Assembly: GCA_964016885.1 (NCBI GenBank)
Contig: OZ024741.1
Span: 396,738,001-396,802,000, forward strand
Length of the DNA stretch: 64,000 nucleotides
From: Eledone cirrhosa
Taxonomy: Eukaryota
Direction of reading: 5' to 3'
Shown here piece by piece: positions 54,201-64,000 of the stretch. Positions within the stretch are counted from its first letter, which is position 1. The number at the start of each line of letters is the position of its first letter. The position numbers and the translations under genes are program-made. Below the pieces are notes generated by a model. That model had not been told where the DNA came from and ran no database searches. It was given only the letters and a program-made list of their open reading frames with translations.

Positions 54201-57200
54201 GCGTCTAATATAAACATTATTGTGTAGTGTCTAATATAAACATTATTGTGTAGTGTCTAATATAAACATTCTTGTGTAGCGTCTAATAAAAACATTATTG
54301 TGTAGTGTCTAATATAAACATTATTATGTTATGTCTAATATAAACATTATTGTGTAGTGTCTAATATAAACATTATTGTGTAGTGTCTAATATAAACATT
54401 ATTATGTAGTGTCTAATATAAACATTATTATGTAGTGTCTAATATAAACATTATTATGTAGTGTGTAATATAAACATTATTATGTAGTGTCTAATATAAA
54501 CATTATTGTGTAGTGTTTAATATAAACATTATTGTGTAGTCTCTAACATAAACATTATTATGTAGTGTCTAATATAAACATTAGTGTGTAGTGTCTAATA
54601 TAAACATTATTGTGTAATGTCTAATGTAAACATTATTGTGTAGTGTCTAATATAAACATTATTGTGTAGTGTCTAATATAAACATTATTGTGTAGTGTCT
54701 AATATAAACATTATTGTGTAGTGTCTAATATAAACATTATTGTGTAGTGTCTAATATAAACATTATTGTGTAGCGTCTAATATAAACAAGACATTATTGA
54801 CATTATATAAACATTATTACGTAGTGTCTAACATAAACATTATTATGTAGTGTCTAATATAAACATGATTGTGTCGTCTCTAATATAATCATTATTGTGT
54901 AGTGTTTAATATAAACATTATTGTGGAGTCTCTAATATAAACATTATTGTGTAGTGTCTAATGTAAACATTATTGTGTAGTGTCTAATATAAACATTATT
55001 CTGTAGTCTCTAATATAAACATTATTGTGTAGTGTCTAATATAAACAAGACATTATTGTCACTATATAAACATTATCATGTTGTGTCTAATATAAACATT
55101 ATTGTGTAGGGTCTAATATAAACATTATTGTGTAGTATCTAATATAAACATTATTGTGTAGTCTCTAATATAAACATTATTGTGTAGTGTCTAATATGAA
55201 CATTATTGTGTAGTGTCTAATATAAACATTATTGTGTAGTGTCTAATATAAACATTATTGTGTATTCTCTAATATAAACATTATTGTGTAGTTTCTAATA
55301 TAAACATTATTGTGTAGTGACTAATATAAACATTATTGTGTAGTGTCTAATATAAACATTATTATGTAGTGTCTAATATAAACATTATTGTGTAGTGTCT
55401 AATATAAAACATTATTGTGTAGTATCTAATATAAACATTATTGTGTAAACTCTAATATAAACATTATTATGTAGTGTCTAATATAAACATTATTGTGTAG
55501 TGTCTAATATAAACATTATTGTGTAGTGTCTAATATAAACATTATTGTGTAGTGTTTAATGTAAACATTATTGTGTAGTGTTTAATATAAACATTATTGT
55601 GTAGTGTCTAATATAAACATTATTGTGTAGTGTCTAATATAAACATTATTATGTAGTGTCTAATATAAACATTATTGTGTAGTGTCTAATATAAACATTA
55701 TTGTGTAATATTTAATATAAACATTATTGTGTAGTCTCTAATATAAACATTATTATGTAGTGTCTAATATACACATTATTATGTAGTGTCTAATATAAAC
55801 ATTATTGTGTAGTGTTTAATATAAACATTATTGTGTAGTCTCTGATATAAACATTATTATGTAGTGTCTAATATAAACATTATTGTGTAGTGTCTAATAT
55901 AAACATTATATCTGTAGTGTCTAATATAAACATTATTATGTAGTCTCTAATATAAACATTATTGTGTAGTCTCTAATATAAACATTATAGTGTAGTGTCT
56001 AATATAAACATTATTATGTAGTTTCTAATATAAACATTATTGTGTAGTGTCTAATATAAACATTATTGTGTAGTGTCTAATATAAACATTATTATGTAGT
56101 CTCTAATATAAACATTATTGTGTAGTGTCTGATATAAACATTATTGTGTAGTGTCTAATATAAACATTATTATGTAGTGTCTAATATAAACATTATTGTG
56201 TAGTGTCTAATATAAACATTATTGTGTAGCGTCTAATATAAACATTATTGTGTAGTGTCTAATATAAACATTATTGTGTAGTGTCTAATATAAACATTCT
56301 TGTGTAGCGTCTAATAAAAACATTATTGTGTAGTGTCTAATATAAACATTATTATGTTATGTCTAATATAAACATTATTGTGTAGTGTCTAATATAAACA
56401 TTATTGTGTAGTGTCTAATATAAACATTATTATGTAGTGTCTAATATAAACATTATTTTGTAGTGTCTAATATAAACATTATTATGTAGTGTCTAATATA
56501 AACATTATTATGTAGTGTCTAATATAAACATTATTATGTAGTGTGTAATATAAACATTATTATGTAGTGTCTAATATAAACATTATTGTGTAGTGTCTAA
56601 TATAAACATTATTGTGTAGTGTCTAATATAAACATTATTATGTAGTCTCTAATATAAACATTATTGTGTAGTGTCTGATATAAACATTATTGTGTAGTGT
56701 CTAATATAAACATTATTATGTAGTGTCTAATATAAACATTATTGTGTAGTGTCTAATATAAACATTATTGTGTAGCGTCTAATATAAACATTATTGTGTA
56801 GTGTCTAATATAAACATTATTGTGTAGTGTCTAATATAAACATTCTTGTGTAGCGTCTAATAAAAACATTATTGTGTAGTGTCTAATATAAACATTATTA
56901 TGTTATGTCTAATATAAACATTATTGTGTAGTGTCTAATATAAACATTATTGTGTAGTGTCTAATATAAACATTATTATGTAGTGTCTAATATAAACATT
57001 ATTTTGTAGTGTCTAATATAAACATTATTATGTAGTGTCTAATATAAACATTATTATGTAGTGTCTAATATAAACATTATTATGTAGTGTGTAATATAAA
57101 CATTATTATGTAGTGTCTAATATAAACATTATTGTGTAGTGTTTAATATAAACATTATTGTGTAGTCTCTAACATAAACATTATTATGTAGTGTCTAATA

Positions 57201-60200
57201 TAAACATTAGTGTGTAGTGTCTAATATAAACATTATTGTGTAATGTCTAATGTAAACATTATTGTGTAGTGTCTAATATAAACATTATTGTGTAGTGTCT
57301 AATATAAACATTATTGTGTAGTGTCTAATATAAACATTATTGTGTAGTGTCTAATATAAACATTATTGTGTAGTGTCTAATATAAACATTATTGTGTAGC
57401 GTCTAATATAAACAAGACATAATTGACATTATATAAACATTATTACGTAGTGTCTAACATAAACATTATTATGTAGTGTCTAATATAAACATGATTGTGT
57501 CGTCTCCAATATAATCATTATTGTGTAGTGTTTAATATAAACATTATTGTGGAGTCTCTAATATAAACATTATTGTGTAGTGTCTAATGTAAACATTATT
57601 GTGTAGTGTCTAATATAAACATTATTCTGTAGTCTCTAATATAAACATTATTGTGTAGTGTCTAATATAAACAAGACATTATTGTCACTATATAAACATT
57701 ATCATGTTGTGTCTAATATAAACATTATTGTGTAGGGTCTAATATAAACATTATTGTGTAGTATCTAATATAAACATTATTGTGTAGTCTCTAATATAAA
57801 CATTATTGTGTAGTGTCTAATATGAACATTATTGTGTAGGGTATAATATAAATATTATTGTGTAGTGTCTAATATAAACATTATTGTGTAGTGTCTAATA
57901 TAAACATTATTCTGTAGTGTCTAATATAAACATTATTGTGTAGTGTCTAATATAAACATTATTGTGTAGTCTCTATTATAAACATTATTATGTAGTGTCT
58001 AATATAAACATTATTGTGTAGTCTCTAATATAAACATTATTGTGTAGTGTCTAATATAAATATTATTATGTAGTGTCTAATATAAACATTATTGTGTAGT
58101 GTTTAATATAAACATTATTGTGTAGTGTCTAATATAAACATTATTGTGTAGTGTTTAACATAAACATTATTGTGTAGTGTCTAATATAAACATTATTGTG
58201 TAGTCTCTAATATAAACATTATTATGTAGTTTCTAATATAAACATTATTATGTAGTGTATAATATAAACATTATTATGTAGTGTCTAATATAAACATTAT
58301 TGTGTAGTGTTTAATATAAACATTATTGTGTAGTGTCTAATATGAACATTATTGTGTAGTGTCTAATATAAACATTATTATGTAGTGTCTAATATAATCA
58401 TTATTGTGTAGTGTTTACTATAAACATTATTGTGTAGTGTCTAATATAAACATTATTATGTAGTGTCTAATATAAACATTATTGTGTAGTGTCTAATATA
58501 AACATTATTGTGTAGTGTCTAATATAAACATTATTGTGTAGTGTCTAATATAAACATTATTGTGTATTCTCTAATATAAACATTATTGTGTAGTTTCTAA
58601 TATAAACATTATTGTGTAGTGACTAATATAAACATTACTGTGTAGTGTCTAATATAAACATTATTATGTAGTGTCTAATATAAACATTATTGTGTAGTGT
58701 CTAATATAAAACATTATTGTGTAGTATCTAATATAAACATTATTGTGTAAACTCTAATATAAACATTATTATGTAGTCTCTAATATAAACATTATTGTGT
58801 AGTCTCTAATATAAACATTATTATGTAGTGTCTAATATAAACATTATTGTGTAGCGTCTAATATAAACATTATTGTGTAGTGTCTAATATAAACATTATT
58901 GTGTAGTCTCTAATATAAACATTATTGTGTAGTGTCTAATATAAACATTATTGTGTAGTGTCTAATATAAACATTATTGTGTAGTGTCTAATATAAACAT
59001 TATTGTGTAGCGTCTAATATAAACAAGACATTATTGACATTATATAAACATTATTACGTAGTGTCTAACATAAACATTATTATGTAGTGTCTAATATAAA
59101 CATGATTGTGTCGCCTCTAATATAATCATTATTGTGTAGTGTTTAATATAAACATTATTGTGGAGTCTCTAATATAAACATTATTGTGTAGTGTCTAATG
59201 TAAACATTATTGTGTAGTGTCTAATATAAACATTATTCTGTAGTCTCTAATATAAACATTATTGTGTAGTGTCTAATATAAACAAGACATTATTGTCACT
59301 ATATAAACATTATCATGTTGTGTCTAATATAAACATTATTGTGTAGGGTCTAATATAAACATTATTGTGTAGTATCTAATATAAACATTATTGTGTAGTC
59401 TCTAATATAAACATTATTGTGTAGTGTCTAATATGAACATTATTGTGTAGGGTATAATATAAATATTATTGTGTAGTGTCTAATATAAACATTATTGTGT
59501 ATTCTCTAATATAAACATTATTGTGTAGTTTCTAATATAAACATTATTGTGTAGTGACTAATATAAACATTATTGTGTAGTGTCTAATATAAACATTATT
59601 ATGTAGTGTCTAATATAAACATTATTGTGTAGTGTCTAATATAAAACATTATTGTGTAGTATCTAATATAAACATTATTGTGTAAACTCTAATATAAACA
59701 TTATTATGTAGTGTCTAATATAAACATTATTGTGTAGTGTCTAATATAAACATTATTGTGTAGTGTCTAATATAAACATTATTGTGTAGTGTTTAATGTA
59801 AACATTATTGTGTAGTGTTTAATATAAACATTATTGTGTAGTGTCTAATATAAACATTATTGTGTAGTGTCTAATATAAACATTATTATGTAGTGTCTAA
59901 TATAAACATTATTGTGTAGTGTCTAATATAAACATTATTGTGTAATGTTTAATATAAACATTATTGTGTAGTCTCTAATATAAACATTATTATGTAGTGT
60001 CTAATATACACATTATTATGTAGTGTCTAATATAAACATTATTGTGTAGTGTTTAATATAAACATTATTGTGTAGTCTCTGATATAAACATTATTATGTA
60101 GTGTCTAATATAAACATTATTGTGTAGTGTCTAATATAAACATTATTCTGTAGTGTCTAATATAAACATTATTATGTAGTCTCTAATATAAACATTATTG

Positions 60201-63200
60201 TGTAGTCTCTAATATAAACATTATAGTGTAGTGTCTAATATAAACATTATTATGTAGTTTCTAATATAAACATTATAGTGTAGTGTCTAATATAAACATT
60301 ATTGTGTAGTGTCTAATATAAACATTATTATGTAGTCTCTAATATAAACATTATTGTGTAGTCTCTAATATAAACATTATTATGTAGTGTCTAATATAAA
60401 CATTATTGTGTAGCGTCTAATATAAACAGTATTGTGTAGTGACTAATATAAACATTATTATGTAGTGTCTAATATAAACATTATTGTGTAGTGTCTGATA
60501 TAAACATTATTGTGTAGTGTCTAATATAAACATTATTATGTAGTGTCTAATATAAACATTATTGTGTAGTGTCTAATATAAACATTATTGTGTAGCGTCT
60601 AATATAAACATTATTGTGTAGTGTCTAATATAAACATTATTGTGTAGTGTCTAATATAAACATTCTTGTGTAGCGTCTAATAAAAACATTATTGTGTAGT
60701 GTCTAATATAAACATTATTATGTTATGTCTAATATAAACATTATTGTGTAGTGTCTAATATAAACATTATTGTGTAGTGTCTAATATAAACATTATTATG
60801 TAGTGTCTAATATAAACATTATTTTGTAGTGTCTAATATAAACATTATTATGTAGTGTCTAATATAAACATTATTATGTAGTGTCTAATATAAACATTAT
60901 TATGTAGTGTGTAATATAAACATTATTATGTAGTGTCTAATATAAACATTATTGTGTAGTGTTTAATATAAACATTATTGTGTAGTCTCTAACATAAACA
61001 TTATTATGTAGTGTCTAATATAAACATTAGTGTGTAGTGTCTAATATAAACATTATTGTGTAATGTCTAATGTAAACATTATTGTGTAGTGTCTAATATA
61101 AACATTATTGTGTAGTGTCTAATATAAACATTATTGTGTAGTGTCTAATATAAACATTATTGTGTAGTGTCTAATATAAACATTATTGTGTAGTGTCTAA
61201 TATAAACATTATTGTGTAGCGTCTAATATAAACAAGACATTATTGACATTATATAAACATTATTACGTAGTGTCTAACATAAACATTATTATGTAGTGTC
61301 TAATATAAACATGATTGTGTCGTCTCCAATATAATCATTATTGTGTAGTGTTTAATATAAACATTATTGTGGAGTCTCTAATATAAACATTATTGTGTAG
61401 TGTCTAATGTAAACATTATTGTGTAGTGTCTAATATAAACATTATTCTGTAGTCTCTAATATAAACATTATTGTGTAGTGTCTAATATAAACAAGACATT
61501 ATTGTCACTATATAAACATTATCATGTTGTGTCTAATATAAACATTATTGTGTAGGGTCTAATATAAACATTATTGTGTAGTATCTAATATAAACATTAT
61601 TGTGTAGTCTCTAATATAAACATTATTGTGTAGTGTCTAATATGAACATTATTGTGTAGTGTCTAATATAAACATTATTGTGTAGTGTCTAATATAAACA
61701 TTATTGTGTATTCTCTAATATAAACATTATTGTGTAGTTTCTAATATAAACATTATTGTGTAGTGACTAATATAAACATTATTGTGTAGTGTCTAATATA
61801 AACATTATTATGTAGTGTCTAATATAAACATTATTGTGTAGTGTCTAATATAAAACATTATTGTGTAGTATCTAATATAAACATTATTGTGTAAACTCTA
61901 ATATAAACATTATTATGTAGTGTCTAATATAAACATTATTGTGTAGTGTCTAATATAAACATTATTGTGTAGTGTCTAATATAAACATTATTGTGTAGTG
62001 TTTAATGTAAACATTATTGTGTAGTGTTTAATATAAACATTATTGTGTAGTGTCTAATATAAACATTATTGTGTAGTGTCTAATATAAACATTATTATGT
62101 AGTGTCTAATATAAACATTATTGTGTAGTGTCTAATATAAACATTATTGTGTAATATTTAATATAAACATTATTGTGTAGTCTCTAATATAAACATTATT
62201 ATGTAGTGTCTAATATACACATTATTATGTAGTGTCTAATATAAACATTATTGTGTAGTGTTTAATATAAACATTATTGTGTAGTCTCTGATATAAACAT
62301 TATTATGTAGTGTCTAATATAAACATTATTGTGTAGTGTCTAATATAAACATTATTCTGTAGTGTCTAATATAAACATTATTATGTAGTCTCTAATATAA
62401 ACATTATTGTGTAGTCTCTAATATAAACATTATAGTGTAGTGTCTAATATAAACATTATTATGTAGTTTCTAATATAAACATTATTGTGTAGTGTCTAAT
62501 ATAAACATTATTGTGTAGTGTCTAATATAAACATTATTATGTAGTCTCTAATATAAACATTATTGTGTAGTGTCTGATATAAACATTATTGTGTAGTGTC
62601 TAATATAAACATTATTATGTAGTGTCTAATATAAACATTATTGTGTAGTGTCTAATATAAACATTATTGTGTAGCGTCTAATATAAACATTATTGTGTAG
62701 TGTCTAATATAAACATTATTGTGTAGTGTCTAATATAAACATTCTTGTGTAGCGTCTAATAAAAACATTATTGTGTAGTGTCTAATATAAACATTATTAT
62801 GTTATGTCTAATATAAACATTATTGTGTAGTGTCTAATATAAACATTATTGTGTAGTGTCTAATATAAACATTATTATGTAGTGTCTAATATAAACATTA
62901 TTTTGTAGTGTCTAATATAAACATTATTATGTAGTGTCTAATATAAACATTATTATGTAGTGTCTAATATAAACATTATTATGTAGTGTGTAATATAAAC
63001 ATTATTATGTAGTGTCTAATATAAACATTATTGTGTAGTGTCTAATATAAACATTATTGTGTAGTGTCTAATATAAACATTATTATGTAGTCTCTAATAT
63101 AAACATTATTGTGTAGTGTCTGATATAAACATTATTGTGTAGTGTCTAATATAAACATTATTATGTAGTGTCTAATATAAACATTATTGTGTAGTGTCTA

Positions 63201-64000
63201 ATATAAACATTATTGTGTAGCGTCTAATATAAACATTATTGTGTAGTGTCTAATATAAACATTATTGTGTAGTGTCTAATATAAACATTCTTGTGTAGCG
63301 TCTAATAAAAACATTATTGTGTAGTGTCTAATATAAACATTATTATGTTATGTCTAATATAAACATTATTGTGTAGTGTCTAATATAAACATTATTGTGT
63401 AGTGTCTAATATAAACATTATTATGTAGTGTCTAATATAAACATTATTTTGTAGTGTCTAATATAAACATTATTATGTAGTGTCTAATATAAACATTATT
63501 ATGTAGTGTCTAATATAAACATTATTATGTAGTGTGTAATATAAACATTATTATGTAGTGTCTAATATAAACATTATTGTGTAGTGTTTAATATAAACAT
63601 TATTGTGTAGTCTCTAACATAAACATTATTATGTAGTGTCTAATATAAACATTAGTGTGTAGTGTCTAATATAAACATTATTGTGTAATGTCTAATGTAA
63701 ACATTATTGTGTAGTGTCTAATATAAACATTATTGTGTAGTGTCTAATATAAACATTATTGTGTAGTGTCTAATATAAACATTATTGTGTAGTGTCTAAT
63801 ATAAACATTATTGTGTAGTGTCTAATATAAACATTATTGTGTAGCGTCTAATATAAACAAGACATTATTGACATTATATAAACATTATTACGTAGTGTCT
63901 AACATAAACATTATTATGTAGTGTCTAATATAAACATGATTGTGTCGTCTCCAATATAATCATTATTGTGTAGTGTTTAATATAAACATTATTGTGGAGT
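24268..64000. repeat. Satellite array, 26-bp monomer AATATAAACATTATTGTGTAGTGTCT, roughly 1,500 copies, runs off the window end
   Basis: Period of 26 read directly (e.g. GTGTAGTGTC at 24841 and 24867); point variants plus a recurrent 25-bp variant unit. Copy number is length/26. Confidence 0.99.

Noticed and set aside
24268-64000. CRISPR-like array
   Set aside because: Monomers are contiguous with no unique spacers, there are no cas genes, and the context is eukaryotic; it is a satellite.

Overview
Repeat-saturated eukaryotic (animal) genomic DNA; the (TA)n load and SINE/LINE content resemble an octopus/coleoid cephalopod genome (inference). Bases 1-24 kb contain four in-phase, GT-AG-bounded minus-strand exons (23374-23233, 17583-17266, 14965-14801, 7803-7563). 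They encode about 288 aa of a von Willebrand D + C8 module of a mucin/vWF/hemolectin/SCO-spondin-type secreted protein. The introns are packed with (TA)n microsatellites hosting Penelope-like element (PLE) remnants, LINE fragments (RTE, CR1-like, RLE-type), tRNA-derived SINEs and a non-autonomous Helitron. From about 24.27 kb to the window end lies an uninterrupted array of more than 39 kb of a 26-bp satellite with nested higher-order duplications, apparently inside the gene's upstream intron. The most notable item is a non-coding 485-bp tandem repeat (2.25 apparently identical copies, 1216-2307) inserted in (TA)n. Each full unit carries a complete type I hammerhead ribozyme with a palindromic stem III and an unusually large stem II loop, which is a retrozyme-like architecture. 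Several other hammerhead-bearing PLE ends and fold-back palindromes lie nearby. Nearly all listed ORFs (YI/HI repeats) are microsatellite artefacts. All calls are by eye; no searches were run.
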